64,000 bases of DNA from Planctomycetota bacterium. GTDB lineage: Bacteria; Planctomycetota; UBA8108; SXIK01. Below, piece by piece: positions 41,261 through 52,665 of this stretch (the first letter of the stretch is position 1; every line of letters begins with the position of its first letter). The notes beneath the pieces were generated by a model, which worked only from the letters and a program-made list of their open reading frames with translations, ran no database searches and was not told the origin of the DNA. Location: positions 960,001 to 1,024,000 of the forward strand of contig OZ244999.1 in assembly GCA_965223265.1 (NCBI GenBank). The letters are read 5' to 3'. The translations under genes and the position numbers were made by a program.

Positions 41261-41420
41261 CAGCCCGTTGAAAAAGTCATTCGGCCGAGAAAACTGGCCT
41301 CTTCACGCCCAGCTCGACCGCGTCAATACTCGAAAATCCCGAAGATTGCCTGCGTTTGCCGCGGCCGACCTGGACGCGAAGAGACCAGTTTTCGGCTCGA
41401 AGCACTTTTTCAACGGGCTG
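41261..41420. mobile_element. Palindromic MITE, copy C (shorter centre)
   Basis: CAGCCCGTTGAAAAAGT..ACTTTTTCAACGGGCTG with TCAT/TTAT flanks. Confidence 0.78.
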
Positions 41421-41698
41421 TTATGCGTCGATTCCGAGTGCCTCGACGTCGCCGCAAGCGCGACGCGTTCAACAGAACGGAACTATAATCTGCATCTTGC
41501 GTTTTCTCACGCGCAATCCTTCGTTTCCCGCGCACGTCGAGCTGACGTCGATTCTGTCGATTCTGTCGATTCGGCGCGGGCGGTCCCCTGCAACGCAGCA
41601 CCTGGAGCGATCCGTTCGCATCTCAAGCCGACTGCTCTTTCTTGGCCGCAGCGCGTTGAGTGCGCCTGCTCATTCTCCAGTCGCCAATCAGGCCCAGC

Positions 41699-42865
41699 AT
41701 GGCTCATAAGAAGCGCGTTCTGATTTCCACAGTTGAAAAGTCGGCGGAAACTCATGCCGCTCGACTCGTCCGCGGCGTTGCGGCCGCTGACGACGCAGTG
41801 GAGTTCATCGGCTTTGGCGGCCCGCATCTCGAGGCAGCGGGATGCCGACTCCTCGCGGACACCATCGCGTTGGCCACCATGGGGCTGGGGTTCCTCGGTC
41901 AGGCTGGCGGTTTGCTGCGGACGGTGCGCCTGTTTGACCGCGCCCTACGCCGCGAACAGCCGGACGCGGTCGTTCTCGTGGACTCACCTGGACTGAATTT
42001 TCTCTTTGCTCGCCTCGCCCGGTGGCGCGGCGTTCCCGTGGTTTACTACATCTGTCCGCAGATCTGGGCCTGGGCTCCGTGGCGTCTCGGTAAGCTGCTG
42101 CGATACACCGATCTGTTGCTACCGATCCTACCGTTTGAGGCGGACGTATTGCGCAATGAGACGGTCCCGGTTGTCCCGGTTCGTCACCCGCTTCTCGACG
42201 AGATCGACGAGCTCGACCGCGGCGCCGGAAGTGAGCTGCGGCGCCAGCATGGCATCGACGATGACCAGCAAGTGATCGCGCTGCTGCCTGGCAGCCGTCA
42301 CCAAGAAGTGAGGCAACTGATGCCACTGTTTCGCCGCATACTCGACGAGGCGAAACTTGATGCAGGTCGCAATCACGTCTTGGTGTCCTGTTTTCGCGAC
42401 GATTTCGAGGCGCCGATCCGCGCCGCGATGCACGGGTTCGCTGTGCCTTTCGATGTGCTCAGAACGGATTCGCGTGTGATCACGATGGCGAGCGATTTCG
42501 TCGTTGTGGCGTCGGGGACGGCTTCGCTCGAAGTCGCGTTCTTGGAACGACCGATGATGGTGCTCTACTACGGCGGCCTCTGGCTTCGTGTCGTGAGCGC
42601 TACCCTTGCGGTGACGCCGTACTTCTCTCTGCCGAATCTCTTGGGCGCGGCGCTCAACGACGGCGCACCGATCGTGCCTGAACGCCTCTGCCGCGGTACG
42701 GAGTCAGCGGCTCTCGGCGCTGAGCTCAAGGCGAATCTTGGCGACGGTGAGCGCCGCGCCACCATGGCCATCCAGCTGCGTCAGGTTCGAGAGCACCTCG
42801 AGCGCACGTCCGGAAACCACACAGCCGCTGAGGCGCTCACCGACTTTCTATCACGCCTGACCTGA
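41699..42865 (+). CDS. lpxB: Lipid-A-disaccharide synthase
   Basis: DSPGLN, YYICPQIWAW, ILPFE, LLPGSR, SGTASLE and SLPNL motifs. Confidence 0.93.
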   Translation: MAHKKRVLISTVEKSAETHAARLVRGVAAADDAVEFIGFGGPHLEAAGCRLLADTIALATMGLGFLGQAGGLLRTVRLFDRALRREQPDAVVLVDSPGLNFLFARLARWRGVPVVYYICPQIWAWAPWRLGKLLRYTDLLLPILPFEADVLRNETVPVVPVRHPLLDEIDELDRGAGSELRRQHGIDDDQQVIALLPGSRHQEVRQLMPLFRRILDEAKLDAGRNHVLVSCFRDDFEAPIRAAMHGFAVPFDVLRTDSRVITMASDFVVVASGTASLEVAFLERPMMVLYYGGLWLRVVSATLAVTPYFSLPNLLGAALNDGAPIVPERLCRGTESAALGAELKANLGDGERRATMAIQLRQVREHLERTSGNHTAAEALTDFLSRLT

Positions 42866-42963
42866 CGGCCTCGGCGCCGGCCGCGTCGTTTCATAGCGTG
42901 CGACTCCGTAGCAGATCCGCTCCAGGCGGGCAACCGCGCCGCGAGGGCGATATAATGGTCGGC

Positions 42964-43941
42964 ATGCGTTTTGATCAGCCTTCTGCACGCAGGGAGCGAC
43001 CTGCCCCGCCCATTCTTTGGGGGGCGGTGGTGCTCGTCTTGTTCGCGCTCACCTTCGGCGCTCTTTTGGTGAGCCGACCGTGGGAGCGCTTCTTGATCGT
43101 CGAGGAACCGGTAGCCGACCTGCGGCTTGCGGCAGAACTTGACCTACCGCAGCCGCTCGAACCCCAGGCACCGCTTTCCTACTCGGAGAGTCCTGATCTT
43201 CTCGCTGACGTGGCGGCCAGCGATCGCACGGACGTCCTCCACGAGAGGGGGATCGCGCATTTTATCCAGAGGATCCGCACCGGCAGCGACGCGGACGACG
43301 AGGTGGCGCTGCGCGTCCCCGAAGACGACGGCACCTGGGCGCGCCTCATCGACGACCCGAGCGCGTATCGTGGCAAGCTCGTCGAGGTCGAGGGTTTCTT
43401 GGTGGCTGCCCACCCGCATCGTTTCCCACTCCTACTGACTGGGCTCGAGTACCCGAATCCCAGCGGTCTTGATCGTTTCCACAGATCCTATCTGTACGGA
43501 TCCGATGGGAAGTACTATCTTGTGGCGACGTTCGACGATCCGAGCGAGCTAGAACATCGCGACGACGTCCGTGTTCGCGCCTACTTTTTGCAGCTGTACA
43601 CCAACGAAATCGAGCACCAAGGCCAGATCATGCTTGGCACCGTGCCTTTCCTTGTCGGTCGGAGTTTTGAGCCTCGGCGGCGTCCAGCCGCGACCGCGCC
43701 GATCGATCTTTGGACGGCGCTGGGGATTGGCGTGCCGTTGATCGCGTTTGCGGTCTTCGTCGGCCTCTGGCTTGGTCGTGACCACAGGCGGGCGCAACGG
43801 CGGCGCGTGCGGAAGCAGCGTGGCAAAGAGGTGACGTCGTACCAGGGGACGGCCGACGCCGCCGGTGCCCCTCGCACGCCGTTGGCTCCAGCGAGGCGCA
43901 ACGTTGAAAAAGACCACTCTGACCGGCGTGAGGAGAGCTGA
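42964..43941 (+). CDS. Hypothetical membrane protein with two TM helices flanking an extracytoplasmic domain
   Basis: TM segments near both ends; DPSAYRGKLVEVEG motif; co-oriented between lpxB and aroB. Confidence 0.7.
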   Translation: MRFDQPSARRERPAPPILWGAVVLVLFALTFGALLVSRPWERFLIVEEPVADLRLAAELDLPQPLEPQAPLSYSESPDLLADVAASDRTDVLHERGIAHFIQRIRTGSDADDEVALRVPEDDGTWARLIDDPSAYRGKLVEVEGFLVAAHPHRFPLLLTGLEYPNPSGLDRFHRSYLYGSDGKYYLVATFDDPSELEHRDDVRVRAYFLQLYTNEIEHQGQIMLGTVPFLVGRSFEPRRRPAATAPIDLWTALGIGVPLIAFAVFVGLWLGRDHRRAQRRRVRKQRGKEVTSYQGTADAAGAPRTPLAPARRNVEKDHSDRREES

Positions 43942-43949
43942 GCCGACAC

Positions 43950-45110
43950 ATGCGACTCCGACGCGTCGAGGTCGAAGCGCCGCAGGCAAAGTATCCGGTC
44001 GTCATCGGTGCCGGCGCCCGGGCGCGGCTCGTCAAGGAAATCGTTGCCCACGGATCCCCATCGCGGCTTCACCTCATCACCGACGAGACGGTCGACCGTC
44101 GTCACGGGCGTGAGCTGGTGAGGCATCTCGAGTCGGCGGGTATCCCGCTTGCCGTCAGTCGAGTCCCCGCCGGAGAACAGTCCAAGTCGCCGCGCCAGTT
44201 AACGCGCCTCTGGCGCGACATGCTGCGGGCTGGGTGTGATCGGCGCGCCTGCGTTGTGGCGTTCGGTGGCGGAGTTGTCGGTGACCTCGCCGGCTTTACG
44301 GCCGCGAGTGTCCTACGTGGCATCGATTTCGTTCAAGTGCCGACGACTTTATTGGCTATGGTCGACGCTTCGGTGGGGGGGAAGACAGGTATCAATCTGC
44401 CGGAAGGCAAGAACCTCGTCGGCGCGTTTCACCAGCCTCGAGCGGTCGTCATGGACCTCGACTATCTGGGGACGCTGTCAGCGCGTCAATTCCGTGCTGG
44501 CTGCGCGGAGGTCGTCAAGACTGCGGCGATTTGGAAGGCGAGTTTCTTCCGGGAGCTCGAGGCACGGACGGGCGATCTGCTGGCGCGTGAGCCGAAGCTC
44601 CTCGCCAGGGTCGTCAGCGAGTGCGTGCGCATTAAGGCTGCTGTGGTGGCTGCAGACGAACGCGAAGCGCGCCTTCGTATGATCCTCAATTTCGGTCATA
44701 CGTTCGGTCATGCGCTTGAAGCCGCCGGGCGCTATCGAGATCTGCTGCACGGCGAGGCTGTCGCCATCGGCATGATTTTCGCCGCGCGCCTTGGCGAGCG
44801 GCTTGAGGTTTCGAGCCGCGGCACAGCCGAGCGGCTGCGCGACGTGCTGCGGGGCTTCAAATTGCCGGTCGCCGGGCCGAAATACAGTCTGCAGTCAATT
44901 CTTCGCTCCATGCTCAAGGATAAGAAGCGAGGTGCCGACGGACTGCGATGGGTGTTGCTGCCGCGTATCGGCAAGGCAGAGATTATCGAAAACGTATCGA
45001 TGGACATTGTCCGCGAGGAGGCGCAGCGCTTTTTGGGACGACCGGCGCGCGCTAAGGGACGCGGCAGGCAGGCCACGCGGAGCGGTACTTCGCGGCGGTC
45101 GAAGCAATGA
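43950..45110 (+). CDS. aroB: 3-dehydroquinate synthase
   Basis: GEQSK, GGGVVGDLAGF, PTTLLAMVDASVGGKTG, LNFGHTFGHALE and HGEAVAIG motifs. Confidence 0.97.
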   Translation: MRLRRVEVEAPQAKYPVVIGAGARARLVKEIVAHGSPSRLHLITDETVDRRHGRELVRHLESAGIPLAVSRVPAGEQSKSPRQLTRLWRDMLRAGCDRRACVVAFGGGVVGDLAGFTAASVLRGIDFVQVPTTLLAMVDASVGGKTGINLPEGKNLVGAFHQPRAVVMDLDYLGTLSARQFRAGCAEVVKTAAIWKASFFRELEARTGDLLAREPKLLARVVSECVRIKAAVVAADEREARLRMILNFGHTFGHALEAAGRYRDLLHGEAVAIGMIFAARLGERLEVSSRGTAERLRDVLRGFKLPVAGPKYSLQSILRSMLKDKKRGADGLRWVLLPRIGKAEIIENVSMDIVREEAQRFLGRPARAKGRGRQATRSGTSRRSKQ

Positions 45111-45931
45111 CTCTGCCGCGCGACGAGATCAAAGATCACAATCAGGGGAACCACGTCATGTCAAGCAGGACGGGACGAATGCGAGTAGACGGCAAACAGG
45201 TTATGCTAGGCCGCGAGTGGCCGCGAGTGAGTCGGTGTGTTGGGCTTTTGCTGGGCGTGCTTTGCGGCGCTTGCGATCAAGCGGCAGAGAATGGCGCCAC
45301 GGAGGCCGTACCCAGGGCGGCTCACCCGGCCATGCACGCGCAGGTACAGGAAAACCTTGGGCTTGGGCAGATGCCTCCTGGTCATCCACCAGTGACCTCG
45401 ACGCAGCCTTCCGGCGCGCCGCCAACTTCAGCCGCTGGCGGCGCGGCGACCGCCGAATCCATTCTCGCCCGCCTGCACGAATTCGGCCTGACGACGACGT
45501 TCGACCCTGGCTGGCGTCTGGAAGCCGGCACATCCATGCGCCTGGCGACGATCCGTCTGCCACGTGTCGATGGGGATGCGGACGACGGTGAGATGTCGAT
45601 CATCCCTGCGCGTGGGAGTATCGACGACAACATACGGCGCTGGGAGGGACAATTCTCAGATCAGCCGACTGCGCAGCGATCTGACGTCCAGTCGAGTGCC
45701 GGGGTGAACGTCACCGTCGTTGAGATCGAGGGCACGTTCAATCCGTCGACAGGACCCATGATGCGCGGCACGTCGACGCCGAAGCCAGGAACCATGCTGC
45801 TCGGCGCTGTTGTGCAGAGTCCGGGCCGCGCGGACTTGGTCTTCTTCAAGGCATGGGGGCCGAAGAACACGATGCAGAAGTGGCGTCCGTCCTTCGAAGC
45901 GATGGTGCAAGCTTTCGCCCCAGCGCGGTGA
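45107..45931 (+). CDS. Hypothetical lipoprotein
   Basis: Lipobox LCGAC, MPPGHPP, NIRRWEGQF and FFKAWGP. True start may be 45158-45203. Confidence 0.7.
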   Translation: MTLPRDEIKDHNQGNHVMSSRTGRMRVDGKQVMLGREWPRVSRCVGLLLGVLCGACDQAAENGATEAVPRAAHPAMHAQVQENLGLGQMPPGHPPVTSTQPSGAPPTSAAGGAATAESILARLHEFGLTTTFDPGWRLEAGTSMRLATIRLPRVDGDADDGEMSIIPARGSIDDNIRRWEGQFSDQPTAQRSDVQSSAGVNVTVVEIEGTFNPSTGPMMRGTSTPKPGTMLLGAVVQSPGRADLVFFKAWGPKNTMQKWRPSFEAMVQAFAPAR

Positions 45932-46064
45932 AGGTTGAGTTTCGTTGTGTTTCGCGACGGTTGTGTTCGGTGACGGTTGTGTCGTGATAATTGCGTCGTG
46001 ACAATTGCGCGCCGTCATCATTCCGTGCAGTCAGAATTAGAATCTCAGCGAAGGATGTGCGACG

Positions 46065-46102
46065 AAAAACGGCCTTTGCAAGTTAGACTCACAAAGGCCG
46101 TC
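46065..46102 (-). terminator. Rho-independent terminator after tRNA-Val
   Basis: ACGGCCTTTG/CAAAGGCCGT stem followed by a T-run on the minus strand. Confidence 0.7.
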
Positions 46103-46105
46103 TGC

Positions 46106-46181
46106 TGGTGGGCGATAGAGGATTTGAACCTCTGACTTCTACCGTGTGAAGGTAGCACTCTAGCCACTGAGTTAATCGCCC
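46106..46181 (-). tRNA. tRNA-Val(CAC)
   Basis: GGGCGATTAACTCAGTGG..CTACC-TTCACAC-GGTAG..GGTTCAAATCC..CGCCCACCA; 76 nt with encoded CCA. Confidence 0.96.
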
Positions 46182-46283
46182 ATAGGTCGTCGCGCGTAAG
46201 GCATAGAAGAGGAAGCGATTGCGTGCCTTACGTACGATCTCGCTCTTCGGGGGCACAGTTTAGCACCGACAAAAGGATTTTGA

Positions 46284-47126
46284 ATGACAAATTTCCGGCT
46301 CCTTGCCGTCGACATTGACGGTACCCTCGTCAACGATCAGAAGGCAATTCCGGACGTCAATCGCGCGGCGCTGCGCAGTGCGATTGAGGCGGGCATGTTG
46401 TTTGCGATCGCCTCAGGTCGCATGATTCCGAGCATCGAGCCGATCGCCGAGAAGCTCGGGCTCGACCCGATCATCATCGCCTACAACGGAGGTAAGGTGA
46501 TCGCGCCGCGAAGCGAGGGGCGAGTGGTCATTCGCCATGCGCCGATCTCGCCTGACGTCGCCGAGATCTTCATCCGCCTTTCCAAGGACGAAGGATACCT
46601 GCTCAATTTTTACCTCGACGACGAGGTGTACGCCGAGGACGGGCCGTCGCGGCGTCCGTTCATCGACATCTACAGCCGACGAACAGGCGCAAAGTACAAT
46701 CTCGAATCGGATCTTGGACGATTCGTTGGTCAATCGCCTACCAAGTTGATCCTGCTTGCAGCCGAGGAGGAGCGCGATCGACTCTACGCGCGTTTTCGCG
46801 AAGAGCTCGCGGGCCGGGCGTTCGTCACGCGCTCGGATCCCGAGTACCTCGAGATCATGGCGCCAGGCGTCGATAAAGGGTCGAGTCTTGCGGCGATGGC
46901 CGAGCACTACGACATTTCAGTGGAAGAGATCGTCGGCGTCGGAGACGCGCAGAACGACCTGGAGCTGGTCCGTAGCGCCGGTCTCGGCGTCGCCGTGGCC
47001 AATGCTAGCGCGGAACTGAAGGACGCAGCGGATGCTGTGACGGAGCGGACGAACAACGAGGGCGCGGTAGCAGAAGTCGTCGAGACTTGGTTTCTTGGCG
47101 GCAAGTCCACAGCGCCGGCCGAATGA
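46284..47126 (+). CDS. Cof-type HAD-IIB hydrolase
   Basis: DIDGTL, ASGR, YNGG, LEIM..GVDKG and GDAQND motifs. Confidence 0.93.
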   Translation: MTNFRLLAVDIDGTLVNDQKAIPDVNRAALRSAIEAGMLFAIASGRMIPSIEPIAEKLGLDPIIIAYNGGKVIAPRSEGRVVIRHAPISPDVAEIFIRLSKDEGYLLNFYLDDEVYAEDGPSRRPFIDIYSRRTGAKYNLESDLGRFVGQSPTKLILLAAEEERDRLYARFREELAGRAFVTRSDPEYLEIMAPGVDKGSSLAAMAEHYDISVEEIVGVGDAQNDLELVRSAGLGVAVANASAELKDAADAVTERTNNEGAVAEVVETWFLGGKSTAPAE

Positions 47127-47267
47127 CTTTCTCGGTCTGCCTGCTATACTTTGGGCGGCACTCTGGGCGGAACAGTGGGCGGCGCTTTGGGGCCGTCGTG
47201 CCTTGGGCGTTGTTTCGCGCCGATGTCCAGCTCTGATCACCCAGGTTGAGTTGCTTCGACCATGCAT

Positions 47268-48269
47268 ATGGCTTGTCTCATCAGTCGTCCATTCGCGCTG
47301 GCCTTGGGGATCTATATCGTCCTCAATTTGGCGATCACGCTCTTCAACCCGCAGCTGGCGACGACGGAGATTTGGTTGAATCTCGGCATTCCTGAACCGT
47401 TCCAGGCGGCGTTCGCGGGGATCGGTGGTTGGGCTCTTCTTGTGCCGCATAGAGCCGCTGCGTCGACCGGGCTGCGGTGGGCGTTGTGCGGCATACTCTG
47501 CGGATTCTGCGTCCTCGTTGCCGCCGGTGCAGTCAGCTTCTATCACGGCATGGAGCAGGGCGCGTTCGCCACGGATTTTCCGTTCCCCTTGAGTCTACTC
47601 ATTTTTCTGATTCTGCTCTTGGAGTTCTCTCGACTCTGGTGGTGGAGTGCAAAGCCGCCGCGTTTGCCGCCGCCCGCTCGCGTCTTCGTGCAGGTGGTTG
47701 CACTGGTCGTGGCGTTTTTATTGGTGACACTCACTCACGTGGTGAGTTACGGCTCGACGGATTTTCGCCGTACGGCCGATGCCGCAGTCATCTTTGGGGC
47801 GAAAGTCGAGAGCGATGGCACGCCCAGCGCTGCGCTCCGAGATCGTCTCGAGATCGGCGTCTCCCTCTTCCACAAGAAGCTGGTCCGCTACCTGATCATG
47901 ACCGGCGGCATCGACGCCAACGGCAACGTCGAGCCGGCTGTGATGATGGACTACGCGATCGCTCGTGGCGTGCCCGCCGACCGGATTCTGGTCGACGAGA
48001 AGGGCGTGACGACGCTGGCGTCAGCGAAGAACTGTCGTGCGTTCGCCGAAGAGTCAGGTTTCGCGCACTTTCTTGCCGTGACGCAGTACTTTCACTGCGC
48101 CCGCGTCAAGATGCTCTTTCAACGGCAAGGCCTGAGATGCTACACGGTGCCGACATCATCGAGTCTCAATCGCGACGCGTCCGTGCCGGTGAAGCTGTCG
48201 CGCGAGAGCTTCCTTTTGTTTCGCGAGACGATCGCTTTCCCGTACTACTTTCTCTGTTACTGGGCGTGA
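47268..48269 (+). CDS. YdcF/SanA (DUF218) family protein with N-terminal TM domain
   Basis: ADAAVIFGA, LRDRL, MTGG, TLASA and VTQYFH..R motifs; about five TM helices upstream. Confidence 0.85.
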   Translation: MACLISRPFALALGIYIVLNLAITLFNPQLATTEIWLNLGIPEPFQAAFAGIGGWALLVPHRAAASTGLRWALCGILCGFCVLVAAGAVSFYHGMEQGAFATDFPFPLSLLIFLILLLEFSRLWWWSAKPPRLPPPARVFVQVVALVVAFLLVTLTHVVSYGSTDFRRTADAAVIFGAKVESDGTPSAALRDRLEIGVSLFHKKLVRYLIMTGGIDANGNVEPAVMMDYAIARGVPADRILVDEKGVTTLASAKNCRAFAEESGFAHFLAVTQYFHCARVKMLFQRQGLRCYTVPTSSSLNRDASVPVKLSRESFLLFRETIAFPYYFLCYWA

Positions 48270-48294
48270 CGCAGGGCTCGGCGCGAGCGGCGGA

Positions 48295-48474
48295 GCCAGA
48301 GACAGAAGCAGATACAGATATGTGGAGCCGGATCAGACTCTGAGTACGGATGCCCTACGTCAACGGCGATCGATGGCCGGAGGCGCGGCGAGAGGCTGAT
48401 AAGAAGCGCAGTGAGCAGCGCCCGCTACGAAAGCACTTCGGAGCCTCGCTCAGCGAGTGAGACCGCGGAGAAGA
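48295..48474. repeat. CAGANN array plus 39-bp box (second copy)
   Basis: CAGAGACAGAAGCAGATACAGAT..; 48436-48474 matches 7469-7507 at 34/39 positions. Confidence 0.7.
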
Positions 48475-48880
48475 GCTAACGATCGAGGGTCTCGAGAGGA
48501 ACTGAGACGTCTTCGGCCCTGAGATCTCCCCAGGCCACAGTGATTCGCAGGGCGGTCTCGACCTCCCGGGCACTGCCGCGCGCAACGCGATAGAGATGAA
48601 GTCGGTCTTTCCCGGAGCGCTCGGCACCCGAGCCGCCGAATTCGAAGCAATGGAGCCCGCAAGTCGCGAATCAAACCAAGACTGACATCGAGAGCGATGA
48701 AGCGCATGAGAAGCCTCCGCAAAGGTGAGTCAAGAGCCCGCCGCATCCGGGCGGCGGTACCCCACGACGCGGAGCGGAGGAACTGTCAAGGGCGCGCAGC
48801 GCCGAGCGCAGCGAGGGCACCCTTGACAGTTCCGAGCACCGCGTAAGCTCGACAAGGCCGCCGCCGTGCGGTGACCCCAA

Positions 48881-49114
48881 CCCACACGGACTCCCACACG
48901 GACTCCCACACGGACTCCCACACGGACTCCCACACCCACGGGAACGGCCGACGCGCACGCCGACAAGGCCGGACGGCACACGGCGTGTGCCTGCCACGTT
49001 GAAGAGGCGCGCACCCACTCCCACACGGACTCCCCCTCCCACTCCCCCTCCCACGCCCACGCAAACGCCCACGCAAACGCCCACGCAAACGCCCACGCAA
49101 ACGCAAACGCAAAC
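48881..49114. repeat. 12-bp tandem repeats CCCACACGGACT x4 and GCCCACGCAAAC x4
   Basis: Exact tandems at 48881-48928 and 49055-49102, plus partial units. Confidence 0.9.
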
Positions 49115-49168
49115 GACCGCCTAGTCGAAAGCGACGATCACTCGGGGCCAGAGATGGCGGCGCAGCGC

Positions 49169-50020
49169 TCAAGCGCTGGCGCGCACTGTGTTGATCAGCT
49201 TCTCGAGTTTCTGCCCGTACTCGACGTAGGTGTCGAACGCTCGCTGTGGATCCACGGCCTCTTGTCCGAGATGAATGACACTGGTGATGTGAGGCTCGAT
49301 GGAGAACCCTCCGTCGTAGCCCCGCGCTAGGAGGTCGGAGATGATTTCGCGGACGTATCCCTTGCCCTCACCGGGAAACACGGCTTTTTCTTTGCCGTCG
49401 TCGCCGACGATGTAGTCCTTGATGTGGACGTAGACGACGTGGTCGCGCACACCTTGGTAGTACTCCCAGGCGTCTTGCTTGTAGGGAATCGGATTGCCGG
49501 TATCAAAAACCAGCTTGAGATGCTCTGAGCCGACGTCGCTGAGGAGATCGAGCGTCTGCTGGGGGCCTTGGCCGCCCCAGCCGTTACAGTTTTCGTGCAC
49601 CAGGGTGACGCCGCCGTCGGCTGCCATCTGCGCAAGTTCACGCATGCGCTGGACCGTGGCGCGGCGCCAGTCGGCATCCGAGAGCTCGGGGGTTGCATTT
49701 GGGTAGCTCATGCAGCGAATGAAAGGCGTGCCGAGTTTCTGCATGCGGGGAATCGCTCGGGTCAGCTCCGCCACGTCGACATCAAACGGAGAGTCGATCG
49801 GCCGCGCCCAATTGGCAAGCTGGGCCGCGAAGCATGACACACTGATCCCTGCCGCGGCTAGCTGATCGCAGACTTTGCCGAAGTCAAGGTCGCTCAAATC
49901 CGTAAGGTTCGTTCCTTCGATCATGCGCAGCTCGATGGACTGCCAACCGAGCTTCTTGTGGGCTTCCAGTTGCCGCGCTAGTTCAGGCGCCGCTTCGTCG
50001 GCGATTCCGGAGAGGAACAT
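49169..50020 (-). CDS. Sugar phosphate isomerase/epimerase (AP_endonuc_2 TIM barrel)
   Basis: SGIADEAA, LVHEN, FDTGN, VHIKD and FSIEPH motifs. Confidence 0.88.
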   Translation of the reverse strand: MFLSGIADEAAPELARQLEAHKKLGWQSIELRMIEGTNLTDLSDLDFGKVCDQLAAAGISVSCFAAQLANWARPIDSPFDVDVAELTRAIPRMQKLGTPFIRCMSYPNATPELSDADWRRATVQRMRELAQMAADGGVTLVHENCNGWGGQGPQQTLDLLSDVGSEHLKLVFDTGNPIPYKQDAWEYYQGVRDHVVYVHIKDYIVGDDGKEKAVFPGEGKGYVREIISDLLARGYDGGFSIEPHITSVIHLGQEAVDPQRAFDTYVEYGQKLEKLINTVRASA

Positions 50021-50057
50021 GAGAGACTCCTATCGTTCGGGACATTTCACGCAGCGT

Positions 50058-51476
<1,419 letters not shown>

Positions 51477-51523
51477 AGTGAAAGTCTTCCTCCCAGGCGT
51501 TGGCGTCGCGAGGCACCAAGTGG

Positions 51524-52471
51524 CTATGCGTCAGGCTTTTGCGGACGCCCGAAGAATTTCGGTGGTTGGTCTAGCGTGTACACACGTGTTTCTGAGGCGA
51601 TTTCCTCACGAACGTGGCGTGCCGTCTGTAGAAGTCCGAGGAGTGTCTGTCCGTCCAAGAAGCGAAAGCCGCCGGTCGTGCTTTCCGCCAAGTGCGCGTC
51701 GACCGTCGCTGGATCCGGCCTCGGGTCGATCGCCACGTCGGAGGCGAGAGCAAAGCCCCACGGCTGGCCATACGACGGTACGAACGAACTGTAGGAGTGC
51801 ACGTTTTCGAAGACAGTTTCAAGCGTCTTGCAGAGACGAGCGTGCGGTTTTAGCTCCATCGGCGACGTCGGCCCTGCCTGGAGGACGAAGTAGCCGCCCG
51901 GCGCCAAGGCCCGTTGCGCCCGTTCGAAGTACTCCCTGGTGAACAGACGGTACGACGGGCCTTCCTCGATCGGATCCGACAGATCGGAGATCACGACGTC
52001 CCATTCGGGCTTGGCGCTATCGAGAAAGGCGACGGCATCGCCGATGACAAGCTCCGTGCGCTGGTCGTCAAAGGCGCCTTGATGCATCTCTGGCAGGTGC
52101 TCCTTGCAGGCCGCAACGACTTCGCCGTCGATATCGACCATCGTGACGCGCTCGACGCCGCGCCAACGCAGCACCTCGCGCACTGTGGCGCCTTCGCCGC
52201 CGCCAAGAATCAGTACGCGCCGCGGCGCTCCATGTTGAAGCGCGGCGACATGAACCAGCGGTTCGTGGTAGAGGAACTCATCGGAGACGCACGACTGCCA
52301 TTTCCCGTCCAAGACGAGCCCTTTGCCGTAGGCGCCGCTCTCGACGATGTACATGTCCTGAAAGTCGGTCCTACGGTGAGCATAGATGCGCACGATCCCG
52401 TGGGCCATGCTCGTCCACGGGTTGAGATATTCTGTGATCCACAAGTCCGCATTGACGTTCGCGCCCGGCAT
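51524..52471 (-). CDS. speE: Polyamine aminopropyltransferase (spermidine/thermospermine synthase family)
   Basis: [30 protein letters not shown] and DLSDP motifs; ATG at 52471 after GAGGA. Confidence 0.9.
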   Translation of the reverse strand: MPGANVNADLWITEYLNPWTSMAHGIVRIYAHRRTDFQDMYIVESGAYGKGLVLDGKWQSCVSDEFLYHEPLVHVAALQHGAPRRVLILGGGEGATVREVLRWRGVERVTMVDIDGEVVAACKEHLPEMHQGAFDDQRTELVIGDAVAFLDSAKPEWDVVISDLSDPIEEGPSYRLFTREYFERAQRALAPGGYFVLQAGPTSPMELKPHARLCKTLETVFENVHSYSSFVPSYGQPWGFALASDVAIDPRPDPATVDAHLAESTTGGFRFLDGQTLLGLLQTARHVREEIASETRVYTLDQPPKFFGRPQKPDA

Positions 52472-52665
52472 TTTAAATTCCTCGCTTTCGGACCGATTCA
52501 ACTTTGGGGTGCATGAAGTAGGTGAGTCGATCGACACGCCTGGTCAAACGTCTCGCCTGGGCGATGCCCACTTCGGAATACGCGACGGCTGCCGGAGCGT
52601 TGTGCGCAACGCCGGCCTTCGCATGTCGCCGAGCGCTCGACCGCAAGATGGCGACGGCGAGGGGG

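Noticed and set aside
48881-49114. CRISPR array
   Set aside because: Units are 12-bp direct tandems without unique spacers, and there are no cas genes in the window.
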